The position numbers were made by a program, and so were the translations under genes. DNA of 62,293 bases, filler included, from Nemertoderma westbladi (Eukaryota > Animalia > Xenacoelomorpha): the NCBI GenBank assembly GCA_032718475.1. It is 3 parts of 3 records of this genome, joined end to end, with 100 filler letters (N's around TTAATTAATTAA, not from the genome) between each part and the next. Parts side by side here need not be neighbours in the genome. Positions count along the whole stretch, not along the records: positions 1 to 20,545 come from JAUCBJ010004491.1; 2 more parts are not named here. One strand, 5' to 3'. Positions 1-11,747 of this stretch are shown in pieces. The stretch's first letter is position 1, and every line of letters begins with the position of its first letter. The notes under the pieces are model-generated. The model worked only from the letters and a program-made list of their open reading frames with translations, was not told where the DNA came from and ran no database searches.

Positions 1-1083
1 AATCCGTGTTTTACACTCCATTCCGGATCCAACAAAACTTGGTAATTAACGAAAATCCGTGATTTACACTCCATTCCGGATCCAACAAAACTTGGTAATT
101 AACGAAATCCGTGTTTTACACTCCATTCCGGATCCAACAAAACTTGGTAATTAACGAAAATCCGTGTTTTACACTCCATTCCGGATCCAACAAAACTTGG
201 TAATTAACGAAAATCCGTGTTTTACACTCCATTCCGGATCCAACAAAACTTGGTAATTAACGAAAATCCATGTTTTACACTCCATTCCGGATCCAATAAT
301 ACTTGGTAATTAACGAAAATCCGTGATTTACACTCCATTCCGGATCCAATAAAACTTGGTAATTAACGAAATCCGTGTTTTACACTCCATTCCGGATCCA
401 ACAAAACTTGGTAATTAACGAAAATCCGTGTTTTACACTCCATTCCGGATCCAACAAAACTTGGTAATTAACGAAAATCCGTGTTTTACACTCCATTCCG
501 GATCCAACAAAACTTGGTAATTAACGAAAATCCGTGTTTTACACTCCATTCCGGATCCAACAAAACTTGGTAATTAACGAAAATCCGTGTTTTACACTCC
601 ATTCCGGATCCAACAAAACTTGGTAATTAACGAAAATCCGTGTTTTACACTCCATTCCGGATCCAACAAAACTTGGTAATTAACGAAATCCGTGTTTTAC
701 ACTCCATTCCGGATCCAACAAAACTTGGTAATTAACGAAAATCCGTGTTTTACACTCCATTCCGGATCCAACAAAACTTGGTAATTAACGAAAATCCGTG
801 TTTTACACTCCATTCCGGATCCAACAAAACTTGGTAATTAACGAAAATCCGTGTTTTACACTCCATTCCGGATCCAACAAAACTTGGTAATTAACGAAAA
901 TCCGTGTTTTACACTCCATTCCGGATCCAACAAAACTTGGTAATTAACGAAAATCCGTGTTTTACACTCCATTCCGGATCCAACAAAACTTGGTAATTAA
1001 CGAAAATCCGTGTTTTACACTCCATTCCGGATCCAACAAAACTTGGTAATTAACGAAAATCCGTGTTTTACACTCCATTCCGG
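1..1083. repeat. 53-bp tandem satellite (AAAATCCGTGTTTTACACTCCATTCCGGATCCAACAAAACTTGGTAATTAACG), ~20 units, degenerate units continue to ~1245
   Basis: Unit recurs at 53-nt spacing (e.g. 421 and 474) with near identity and no unique spacers; lies downstream of PA2G4 exon 2, presumably intronic. Confidence 0.95.
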
Positions 1084-1553
1084 ATTCACAAAATATATGA
1101 ATCCGCGTTTTACACTGCAATACGGATTGCGTATTTCAGAATCCGCATATTACACTCAGTTACGGATTGTATGTAAATCCGGATCCGCCTTTTACACTCG
1201 CAAATCCGGGTCCTGATCCGTATCCGGGATCCGCGTTTTACACCTACCCCATGGAAACCAGAAATCAATTTTATCAAAATCCGCACTACAGGAAAACAGT
1301 ACATTTTACCTTCCACATTTCAGATCTGCACAAGGAATGCGCACCGGTGCTGAAACCGCATTATCTATCCGATTGGCTGTTTATCGGTACGCATTAACGG
1401 GAATGTTTGAAATGAACACTGGTACTCATTTACACGAAGGTACTCATTTAGCGCTAAACCAAACGTGCTAATAATCCAAAATACTCTAACCAGGGAGCTA
1501 ACAACAGTATAAATAAACAAACATACCCTAGATTACACAGTCAGACAGTTTAC

Positions 1554-1676
1554 CTTTCTTTGTGATTTTCTTATGTATTTTATTAACCGCTTCTGTTATT
1601 TTCTTATCGCCGTATTCGCATAACTCTGTAACAGAAGCGCCTGGTTCACATTTCTGTATCAATTCTTTCAGCACAT
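1554..1676 (-). CDS. PA2G4: PA2G4 homolog, exon 2
   Basis: TTTGCAG acceptor; (N)VLKELIQKCEPGASVTELCEYGDKKITEAVNKIHKKITKKG resembles PA2G4 'VL..L......SV..LCE.GD..I......I.KK...KKG'; GTAAAC donor; phase fits exon 1. Confidence 0.8.
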
Positions 1677-2005
1677 CTGCAAACGTAGATACATATATAG
1701 CATACCAACGGTAAACAATAATATACAATTTAAGATATAGTCAGTAGGCTACCAAGCCGCTACTGGCAGACTGGAACAGGAATGGATACTGGTCAGCTGG
1801 TCGCGTGGTCGGTCAGCGTTATGTTGTTCAGTTGTTAGGCATTTAGATTTAACGACACCGCTGATAAATTTATTTATTTTAGAGAAACAAAATAATTATT
1901 TCCCGCAGCCTACTGCTGATGCTGTAGCTGTAATGTTGCTGTCAGACTTCTAGTGCAGTAGTGATAGTGAGGAGGTGAAATAAAATGATAAAACTGGGAA
2001 CTCAC

Positions 2006-2123
2006 TGCTAGTGATTCGTCCGGCCTCTTTATAACGCGCGATTACATCCGGATTACGAATAGTTTGTTCTAACTCCTCTTGCTCTTCACTGTCGTAACTA
2101 TCACTCCCGCTGTTAGACGACAT
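2006..2123 (-). CDS. PA2G4: Proliferation-associated protein 2G4 (Ebp1) homolog, exon 1
   Basis: MSSNSGSDSYDSEEQEELEQTIRNPDVIARYKEAGRITS resembles the PA2G4 N-terminus (EQTI..D.V..KYK.GG.IAN); GTGAGT donor at 2005, phase 1. Confidence 0.8.
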
Positions 2124-4313
2124 TGCGAGAATGGGGTTCAAGGAATATCCCACGACAATTACTGAATTACAAAAATTACAGAATTAGTCTGTCAGTACGG
2201 TACTTCTGTACTTATCACTCATGTCAGTCAAACGATCAAACCTGCTAGAGCTGAAGCATGAAGTGTAAGACAGTAAGAGCACTCACACTCACCAACCACT
2301 CAGCCAACACTGTCTCTGTCTCGTCTGTAGGCCTAATTAATAACATAAGATTAGATATTGAGGTAAATCAGAAAGCGATTTTAGCTTATTTGCTTCACCT
2401 CAATAAATTATCTTGGATTCTTGCACTACCTCAATTTCTTGGAATTGGAATTTTTTATTTGACGTTAAATCAGATAGAACAAGCACTAAAGGTAAAGATA
2501 GCATTAAAATATAACATATAAAGTGAAAGAAAAAGGTAAAGGCAACAAACAAATGTACAGTACATGGCTGCATGGTGTTCGTCATGTCCTAGAAAATGTG
2601 TTTTATCGGAAAACAGTACAAAACAAACATAGATAAATAAAATGACCTTCAATAGATTGCTGGATTGGCAACATTATTAACAACATAATTATGGTAAAAT
2701 TTAGTACAAACAAACGTAGTGGATACGAATTGAAAGGTGTAAATGCAACAACCACAAAATTATTGTAATTTTACTAAAATTATTGTAATTATGATATAAG
2801 ACATTTAGGACAAACGAAAACAGTGGATAAGATATGTAAGGTACAAATAAAAGCAACAACAACACAATAATTATAAAAACGTTCGACATCAATTTAATAT
2901 ATCTATTACCTGATTACCGGTAGTAACCAAAAGGTTTAGGTTTTCTTTTGTAATACATTTTTATGAACTGTATTTATTTGCTGTATATTGTCTAACTTTA
3001 TTTTGTCTTACTTGTCTATCAGACTAAATTATTGATGTAATACAGTAATAAACGTAATATAATAAACGTTATGTCTGTCTGTCTGTCTGCATCTGCCTAT
3101 ATCTGAGTAGGCCTATGCACTTTCCACTTTCGAATTGGACAATGTTATGATTATGAATCGTGTTAGTCAGTTCTCAGTTAGTCGTGTTACCTTACCAAAG
3201 TAACTGGTTGTTATGACAGTATGATGGGTGACATCGTAAGAAGAATGCACCGACCCGCACTATCGACAGGTTTCCTGGGTACGGTAAGTAATAAATTAAT
3301 TTTCATTGTTTAATTAAGCTACCGGTACCGGGTACTTACAGACTTAATTATTAAATCCAAAATTGTAATTTTTTATACAGTTATAAATTTTAAAACTATG
3401 CGTGCGCCAACTGTGCTTCTACTACTGCACGTACTACATACGCGCTACTCAGCTGCTCAGATAATATACTGACTGACTGATACTGACAGACTGATACGTA
3501 TATTCAATTCATATGAACTGAACTACAGAACTACGGGCAGATTAGAATTACCACTTGAACACTCATCCTTCAACTTGACCGATTATGCAACAAGCCAACA
3601 AAACTTCAGTATTCTTTTGCACTTCTCCTTGAGGTGAAGCAAAATAAGCTAAAATCGCATTCTGGCAGTCTGGTCTCGGGTCTACCTCACTACTACAGTA
3701 CTAATCTTTTGTTAATTAATAAGGTAACTGTCTGACCAGCTGACTGTAACTGAATCACTGCAGACCTGTCAGCCTGTAAGCCTAACGTAAAAATGATGTA
3801 GGCCTACAGAAGTAGGCACGTAGGCCTACCGATGGGCTTTCGAAACCTTGCACTCCTCTCCTACAGTCCTACACCGACTACCGGTACTGTCAGACTGTTC
3901 TACCTCTACGTACAGACGTACTAGCACATACATCTGTCAGTCTGTACATAGCACTAACTGCTAACTGCACTAGACAGCTAGACTTCTAGGTGCAAGGCTA
4001 GGACAGTAGGAGTAGGACAGTAGGAGTGCAAGGAAAAGCCTACCGGCTGACCGGTACGGTACCGTCTTACATTTTACCCCTACTACTGCAGTACTGTACT
4101 ACAATACTGCCAGACTGCTGTACTATAGGCCTACTACCTCTGTGGCTCAGCCTGTACAGTGCACACGCTCAGCGGCTTAGGCTACTGCCTGACCGACAGA
4201 CTGATGTACTGCATACAAGGCAGCAAGGCGTACTATATACAAGGCCATGCCATCGGGTTAACTGGGGGCAAGATTTTTTTTACAACAATTTGATATTTTG
4301 ATATGGGGAGAAT

Positions 4314-4986
4314 TCTATAAATTTTCATTTGCTGCAATTTGATCAATGGACCTACTTGAAGCCTCCTCGTTAAGTAAGATACAACATTTTATGGTAGCTT
4401 GTGTTTTAGGTTGGTTTAGCTAGTAATTTCGACACTGTAGTAGCTAGTTCTTATTACTAATTGTATAGAAAATGTTCCAGAAGATGTTAGCTATTCATTT
4501 TTTAAAAAAATTATGTTCTAGAACAAATCTGGATTATATTTAAAACGCATGGAATCGTTCTAAAACGTGTTTAAAATCAATAAAAAAATTGTGAAAAAAA
4601 TAATATTGTGAAAAATTTTTTTTGAAAATAAAAATATTGAAAATTTTGTTATTGATTTTAAACACGTTTTAGAACGATTCCATGCGTTTTAAATATAATC
4701 CAGATTTTTTTCTAAAAAATGTTCTAGAACAAAAAATATTTGTTCTAGAACATAATTTTTTTTAAAAATGAATAGCTAACATCTTCTGGAACATTTTCTA
4801 TACAAATAGTAACAAGAACTAGCTACTACAAAATATTTATAGAGGGAAGTAGGATGTCGGAACCAGTGTCGAAATTACTAGCTAAACCTACCTAAAACAC
4901 TAGCTACCATAAAATTTTGTATCTTACTTAACGAGGAGACTTCAATTTCGACCGTTGACCAAATTGCACCAAATGAGAATTTATAA
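4314..4986. mobile_element. Foldback/MITE-like long inverted repeat
   Basis: 4314-4590 is the reverse complement of 4640-4986 (e.g. GCTAGTAATTTCGACACTG / CAGTGTCGAAATTACTAGC; AAAACGCATGGAATCGTTCTAAAACGTGTT / AACACGTTTTAGAACGATTCCATGCGTTTT), with two insertions in the right arm. Confidence 0.75.
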
Positions 4987-7608
4987 TATTCCTAATAATA
5001 TTCCTTATTACTCTTTTTGCCTAGTTTTTTAAAGTAACATTTTTAATTGCTTTTTTTGCCTCTTTAATTACTTTTTTACCTCTATAATTGCTTTTCTTGC
5101 CTCTTTAATTGCTTTCCTTACCTCTTTAATTGGGAGTTCATTGGGACTGCTAGAAAAACTGATCACAATCACGTATCAATTATATTTATTATCACAAATT
5201 ACAGTAGAAACATAAGTAAAACTGATCACAATCACGTATCAATTCTACAGTAATATTATCACAAATTAGAAACATAAGTAAAATACCGGTACTAATAAAA
5301 TACTAATATAATTTTTTTGGGTGTAGGCCTAATTACTTTGGGGACCGTTATATGAAACATTTTTACATAGGCCCTACCGCTCATTTTATGAAACATTTTT
5401 TTAAAAAATTTTCACAAATAAGTACTACACGTCATAAACCAATTGAGGGAAATGAGCAGGTTACAGAGACGGGCTTTTCTAACCAAAACAATAAACGATC
5501 ACTTTAACAATTGAGGGAAACCATATGGTGGTCAGACAGTCACTCTCTATACAAAAACCAACAATATGAGGCAGTCAAGCAATAGGTACCGGTACGCAGC
5601 GGAATGCAGGAATGTGGTCTGGTAAAAAAAGAGGCATAAAAATTATATGTGAATATGAAAGTACCATCTTTTCAATGTTCGCTGTCAAAAATTTCAGCCA
5701 ATTGCATGTTAGTATATTCATGTAGTGATACGGTAGTTTAAAGTTATGAAGTCGGGGTGTGTCGCTTATTGCTTTGCCCCCCCCCCCCCCCCCCCTGAAA
5801 TGCCACTTAAATGTCAATAAAATATTCCAATATTACATTTACATGTAAGTCTTATATTTGGTCTTTTTGAAAAGGAAATTTCGCGGGCCTTTCAACTTGC
5901 CCAAAAATTATAAAATATGTACAGTTAGAAGTTTATTGAAATAAGAGAAAAATGGCAAGCAGGAAATTGTCCCCCTGTAATGCCCCCCCCCCCCCCCCCC
6001 CCCCCCTGTATTGCTATATTCTATTACTATACGAAAATGGCATTAGAGGGGGGACTTACGTAAAACCCAAATTTAATTAGAGAAGTAAATTTTAATAGTT
6101 GACCACCACCGTGCTCATCGAATTCTCCTTAAAAATAGCTTTCGAATGATATATGTTTACAGGTTCTGAAAGAAAAAAATTTTTTGACGAAAATCCCATT
6201 TTAAGTTTGGCCACTTTTAGCGATTTTGACCCTATACAATGTCTGTCAATACAATGTCTGTCCTACAGTATACAATGTAATGTCTGTCAATATAATATAT
6301 CTAGCAACACGAAAGCACAAAACCATGCTAAGATTTTAGCTCTATGGGTTTTCCTGATCGCTGATTTCATTTCTCAGGTCAGTTTTCACTTTTAAAATTA
6401 AATCTAGTTAGTCTGTTTGTCTGTCTGTCTTTCTGACTATCGGACAATCTGTCGGTCAAATATAAGGAAGGGCATATCTTCTAGCTAAAGGTTTAGCTCT
6501 AGGGGGTTTCAGGGTCGCAGAATCCATTACAAGTGACAGTTTTAATATTGATGACTTCCAAATTGTCTGTTTGGCTCTCAGTTATATTTTGACGGAGAGA
6601 CTGACAGGCTTACAGACAGGAACGACGAAGCCAAATTTGAATACTGATATCAGGAATGAAGTGACGTACCAAGAAAACTCATATTGGGAATTTTTTAGAC
6701 AGATAGTATGAATTCGATTATTATGGATACATACTGACGGACAGACAGCCATATCACCAGAAGTAAGACAGATCTTGCTAAACGGTTTTCATATTTGGAA
6801 TCTTGATTAAATTCTGCTCTTGATGAAATTAAAAAAAAATTTAAACAGGGTGGGGGGGGGGGGGGGGGGGGGAGTATCTTACATGTGTGGGGTACTTAAT
6901 TTGCCCAAACTCATTCATATCCGATACAATGCCAGTGAGTAATTTTGCATCGCGTCAAAAAATCTGAAAATAGACTTATGCAGGCTGTAGCCCAGGAGAA
7001 ACATCAAACTAGCCCTGCCGTTGGTGTGGGCTACTCTGTTAGCCTCTGATAGAACTGTATTTATCTTAAATTATTAATTTATTTTTTATGTAGGCCTAAT
7101 GCTTTTTATTAATTAATATTATTATTATATATTTTTATTACCTGCATCGGGGCCCCAATCCAATTTTGCTTTTTACCCTACCTTACTCTAACCGGTTTCT
7201 GATCCAATTTTGTTTTTTACCCTACCTTACTCTAACCGGTTTCTGATTTACCCTAGTTCTGTGCAGTATCGGTTTTTATGGGCTGCTACTTTAGAGCCTG
7301 GATTAAATAAATAAATAAATAACAGCATTTACTTTAATACCCCGTGAATCGTACAAACACAACGTTGATCTCGCTTAGTACATAAATACACTCACGAATA
7401 TTAATTCGCGTGGAATTTGCCCAGACCCCCCCCCCCCCCCCCCCGTCTCAAAGTGGAGATAATTTTGAACAAATTCATATAATCATTCAGTAGCATATTT
7501 TAACATTTTCATGTGTGCATTGAAAGATTTTGCCTATTGAAGAAATGACATTATACACCAATAATAAATAATTAATTAATATTATATAGATATATACTGT
7601 AGGTATTA

Positions 7609-10461
7609 TTACGTAGGTAACTTAAGACATTGTATATTGAAACCATCACCCTTCACAGTGGCTACGGATTCCAAAACAACCCGTTTCTTTGCCAAACTTC
7701 GCGAACTTTCGAGTTCATATAAAGTACACAGATTAAACAACACCCCCTCCTGTAGGTTGCAGCACTCAGTATCCATAGCAACAAGAGATTCTAGAACAGC
7801 CAATGCCTCTTTCATGCGACCCATGTAGAGGAGACAGACCGCTGAGTTGTTAGTGGCGACACTATGTCCTGGAGTGCGTTTGAGTACGTTCTGGAACTCG
7901 GTGTTGGCGTCACTGTACTGCGAGTTCGCCATAAGTAGGAAACCTTTGTTGAGGATCGTCTGTATCTCAACTTCCCGGTTGTCCTGCTGCCTACAGGCAA
8001 TCTCTTCCGCGTTGAGGAACATCTGTTGCGCGGAGCTGGTGTCACCGAGCTGCAAGTGAACCCGGCCAACTCCGCTGTACAAGGCGACCCGATGGCTGGA
8101 GTCCTTAGCGATCAGCTCGTCGTAGAGTCGGAACGCCTCCCGGACGTCCTTGAGTTGGATGAGACAGTCGGCGGTGGCGAGGAGTACCTGGTTGAGACGA
8201 GACCGCCACAGATCCACCGAGGCCGAGCGGTTGTCCACGGACAGTTCAATGCAACTGCCGTCTTCTGCGCGCCCCGCCTCCAGGTTGGTCAGTATCTTGG
8301 CGACGGTGGCGCGTATCCCTAGCAACCGGGCGAGCGACTCGCTCGGACGACCGAGGTGGCGAGGGGTCGCGGCCCAGATGAGGCGGAGCGGGAAGGGAAC
8401 GAGAGAGCCGCGTCGGCCCGGGTAGATATGGGGGTAGTACTCGTAGTAAAGGTCAGTCTGGTCCAGGTCTCCGAAGGCCTCCAGCTCCGTCTCCAGTAGA
8501 GACCACTCGGAGAGACGGAAAAGCGTAGCGAACCTGGCCAGCCACAGCTGCAACGAGTAGGTTGTGTGTCGCGTCAGCGCCCCGCACTGGCCGTGGCCCT
8601 GCCCTACCCCAGTGAGCAACCGACCACTCAGATCCACAGCAGAGCGCAGACACCCACGACGCAGCAGTGTCTGCAGACCCTCCACATCCTGGGTCACTGA
8701 GTCCGCAGTCAGGGTCACCTTGCGACGCAGCTGGCAGCCCCGTTCGTCCGAGTGACGAGTTACAAGCTCCCCCAACGGGTCTCCCAGACTCATCGCGTAC
8801 TGCAACCCTGGCATTGTGAGTTGTTCCGGATTCAAATAGAAACTCCCTTGGCTGCTGGTCAGCGCGCGAACTAGGTTGTGTATGGTGGTCTCCTTGGCTA
8901 CCCACGCGTCATGACGTCGGTCGCATTCAGACAGCGCCAGAGAGTTGCTCAGCGACTGAGAGTCTACCAGTTCGCCAACCAACGAGTTCCCAGTTCGTCG
9001 AGGGTTCGCTGGGGGTGTGAGAGATCGTGGCGTTTTCTGTAACGAGTGGCGCGGCGAAGTGGCGGCTGAGTGGGTTGTCAGGGGCTCAGTTTGCTGGGGT
9101 GTAGGCGACTCTACGTTTATCGGGGGTTCTTTAGGGGTCGAGGTAGTTATGTGGGAAGTTTCCTTAGGTTCTATTGGTGATAATGTTCCAAGGTTATCAA
9201 AGAATGCAGTTGATGAATGCATTGAGGTAGAACTCCCTGGTTGGCCAAAAAATTGACTGAGCTGAGGCGTGTTGGACTGGTTGCTGTTGGGTTTATTTTT
9301 ATTATCAGGGTAAATTTCTTTCTGTTGAATTTTGCGGTTGGTGAAGAAACCAGGGACAGGTTCGTATTGGATTGAATTACCACTCAGTGCTGTTGGGGGT
9401 TGTGTCTTTGTGAACGAGTCACTGAAAATTGTTGCTGATTGAGACCGATCTAAGGGATGACTGAATGTAGCTGCAGGGTGGGTCTGGGTGAGGGGGTCAC
9501 TGATTATTGCTTCGGGTTGGGTCTGGTTGAGGGGGTCACTGATTATTGCTTCGGGTTGGGTCTGGGTGAGGGGGTCACTGATTATTGCTTCGGGTTGGGT
9601 CTGGTTGAGGGGGTCACTGATTATTGCTCCGGGTTGGGTCTGGTTGAGGGGGTCACTGATTATTGCTTCGGGTTGGGTCTGGTTGAGGGACTCACTGAAT
9701 ATTCCTTTGGGTTGGGCCTGGGTGAGGGGGTCACTGAAAATTGCTGCGGAGTTTGTCTGAGACTGAGTAAGGGGGTCACTGAATATTACTTTGGGTTGGG
9801 TCTGGGTGAGGAGGTCACTGAAAATTGCTGCGGAGTTTGTCTGAGACTGAGTAAGGGGGTCACTGAAAATTTCAGCGGATTGGGTCTGAGACTGATAAAG
9901 GGGGTCCTTGAAAATTGCAGCAGATTGGATCTGAGACTGAGAAAAGGGGTCACTGAAAATTGCTGCAGATTGAAACTGAGGTAAGGGGCCACTGAATTCT
10001 GCTGCAGGTTGGGTTTGTGTGAGGGGGTCACCGATTACCGGTATTGGTGTAAGTTGGGCCTGAGACTGAGATACACCCAGGGGTAGAGGGTTGCCGAACA
10101 TTGCTGCAGACTGAGCTAGGGGGTCACTGAATATTTCAGGAGGGTTGCTTTGGTTTAAGGTGTCACTCAAAGGGTCATCAGTTTGTCCTGAGAAAGGCGT
10201 TTGAATTCCATATTGTACTCGGGTTGGTGGTAGTGATACCGGTACGCCTTCACCGTCAAATGTATTAGTATCCGTATTCAAGGTTTGAGTTACTCCATAA
10301 TCAGATGGCTGACCAAACGTTGATTGGCTTATAGGAGCATAATTATCTTCGGTTTGTAGGGAATCTAATTGTCGCAAATATTCATTAATTGAAACATTTT
10401 GAATTCCCAGTTCATCGATCTCCAGTGGAATCTCTGTTTCTAAACCAGTTCCTTTGTCCAT
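7609..10461 (-). CDS. TRAPPC12: Trafficking protein particle complex subunit 12 (TTC15) homolog, intronless, with repetitive N-terminus and C-terminal TPRs
   Basis: Motifs ELEAFGDLDQTDLYYEYYPHIYPGRRGSLVPFPLR, NNSAVCLLYMGR and VLFNLCTLYELESSRS...GDGFNIQCLKL are characteristic of TRAPPC12; first ATG at 10461. Confidence 0.92.
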   Translation of the reverse strand: MDKGTGLETEIPLEIDELGIQNVSINEYLRQLDSLQTEDNYAPISQSTFGQPSDYGVTQTLNTDTNTFDGEGVPVSLPPTRVQYGIQTPFSGQTDDPLSDTLNQSNPPEIFSDPLAQSAAMFGNPLPLGVSQSQAQLTPIPVIGDPLTQTQPAAEFSGPLPQFQSAAIFSDPFSQSQIQSAAIFKDPLYQSQTQSAEIFSDPLTQSQTNSAAIFSDLLTQTQPKVIFSDPLTQSQTNSAAIFSDPLTQAQPKGIFSESLNQTQPEAIISDPLNQTQPGAIISDPLNQTQPEAIISDPLTQTQPEAIISDPLNQTQPEAIISDPLTQTHPAATFSHPLDRSQSATIFSDSFTKTQPPTALSGNSIQYEPVPGFFTNRKIQQKEIYPDNKNKPNSNQSNTPQLSQFFGQPGSSTSMHSSTAFFDNLGTLSPIEPKETSHITTSTPKEPPINVESPTPQQTEPLTTHSAATSPRHSLQKTPRSLTPPANPRRTGNSLVGELVDSQSLSNSLALSECDRRHDAWVAKETTIHNLVRALTSSQGSFYLNPEQLTMPGLQYAMSLGDPLGELVTRHSDERGCQLRRKVTLTADSVTQDVEGLQTLLRRGCLRSAVDLSGRLLTGVGQGHGQCGALTRHTTYSLQLWLARFATLFRLSEWSLLETELEAFGDLDQTDLYYEYYPHIYPGRRGSLVPFPLRLIWAATPRHLGRPSESLARLLGIRATVAKILTNLEAGRAEDGSCIELSVDNRSASVDLWRSRLNQVLLATADCLIQLKDVREAFRLYDELIAKDSSHRVALYSGVGRVHLQLGDTSSAQQMFLNAEEIACRQQDNREVEIQTILNKGFLLMANSQYSDANTEFQNVLKRTPGHSVATNNSAVCLLYMGRMKEALAVLESLVAMDTECCNLQEGVLFNLCTLYELESSRSLAKKRVVLESVATVKGDGFNIQCLKLPT
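9470..9975 (-). repeat. Coding 39/45-bp minisatellite encoding (I/F)SDPL-N/T-QTQPEA-type repeats in TRAPPC12
   Basis: Tandem GGGGGTCACTGATTATTGCTTCGGGTTGGGTCTGGTTGA units in frame with the ORF; duplicated at ~14038-14543. Confidence 0.9.
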
Positions 10462-10595
10462 AATCAATCAAAGGTGGAGCAAACGTACTGCTAGGAACTA
10501 CAACCAGTACACCACTTAGGCTAATGGACGACTACCGCACTACCGGTACTACTAACAGACTAACTACTGAACTAGGCCTACTACTGTTGCCAGGT

Positions 10596-11020
10596 TGCGG
10601 GAGTACCTACTGGCAGACTAGAGTATAGAGATTATAGGAAAAGTCAAAGGAATTAGAGTGGTGTTTTGCCAGAATGCTCTGGAAATGTTGCGGGAGTAGG
10701 CCTATTGCAGTAGGTCTATTGAGATTATTGGGAAAGTATAGGCCTAAAGGAATTAGAGTGGTATTTTGCCAGAATGCAGAATGCTCTGGAAATGTTGAGG
10801 GAGTAGGCCTATTGAGATTATTGGGAAAGTCAAAGGAATTCAGGAATTAGAGTGGTATTTTGCCAGAATAAGAGAATGCTCTGGAAATGTTGCGGGAGTA
10901 GGCCTATTGCTGTATTGAGATTATTGGGAAAGTCAAAGGAATTAGAGTGGTACTTTCCAGAGCATTCCACATTCTGGAAAAATACCACTATAATTCTTGA
11001 ATTCTTTTGACTTTCCAAAG
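10596..11020. repeat. Degenerate ~85-100 bp tandem repeat upstream of TRAPPC12 (duplicated at ~16097-16521)
   Basis: GGGAAAGTCAAAGGAATTAGAGTGGTATTTTGCCAGAATGCTCTGGAAATGTTGCGGGAGTAGGCCTATTG recurs ~4 times. Confidence 0.8.
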
Positions 11021-11026
11021 GTAAAA

Positions 11027-11745
11027 CGAACTTAGATCATGGAACACTGGAAGGCCTGACTTTGATGAACTTAGATCTTTTCGATAACTTAGGTCCTATC
11101 CTATCTGGGTGAACTTAGATCCTAACTAGGCCTACACTGAACTAGGTGAACTTAGATCCTAACTAGGTGAACTTCAGAACTTAGATCCCAATTTATGCTA
11201 TAAAAAGCCTTGGTAATCTGTAGGCCTAATCATTATGCTTGTCGCGAAGCGAACTTAGAGCCCACGTTGAAAGCAAAGCGAACTTAGATCTTAGGTCAGT
11301 CAGTAGGTGGACTTCCCAATCCAATCATCACAATTCCTTAGCACACGCTAGAGGATAAGATAGTTCTATATCGTTCTATCGATATTATAGTGTATATTGT
11401 ACTGTGTTTCATTACTGCATTATAAGCATATAAAACTACTTATAATGATCTAATGCAAACAAGTCATTCTGTCATACACTCAAAGTAGTTGCGATCAGTG
11501 ACTCATCAACAAACTATAATTGGCCAATTAATAGCTAATTCATTGCAATATTAGTGGTAGCGGTAGGATCTAAGTTCGCTTCCCTTCAAGCGTGATACTG
11601 TGATAATATTTCAGTATTTACAGAAAGGTCTGCTAGTCTGCTGCCCTATGTGATGGGAATGACATGACATTTCACACATTAACACAGCTACGCGCTAGGG
11701 CTGTCGGGTACAGCAATATATGCAAGGTGGGATCTAAGTTCGTAT
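11027..11745. repeat. Region of GAACTTAGATC subterminal-type repeats, direct on the left and inverted (GATCTAAGTTCG) on the right; probable non-autonomous DNA element hit by a BEL insertion
   Basis: Motif repeated many times 11027-11290 and inverted at ~11567 and ~11731. Confidence 0.5.
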
Positions 11746-11747
11746 GT

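Noticed and set aside
1-1083. 53-bp array as CRISPR or coding repeat
   Set aside because: Head-to-tail identical units without spacers; overlapping short ORFs are repeat artefacts
9457-9984. 175-aa Cys/Gly repeat ORF (also 14025-14552) and Ala- or Leu-rich ORFs at 21876-22289
   Set aside because: Antisense shadows of coding repeats in TRAPPC12 and gag
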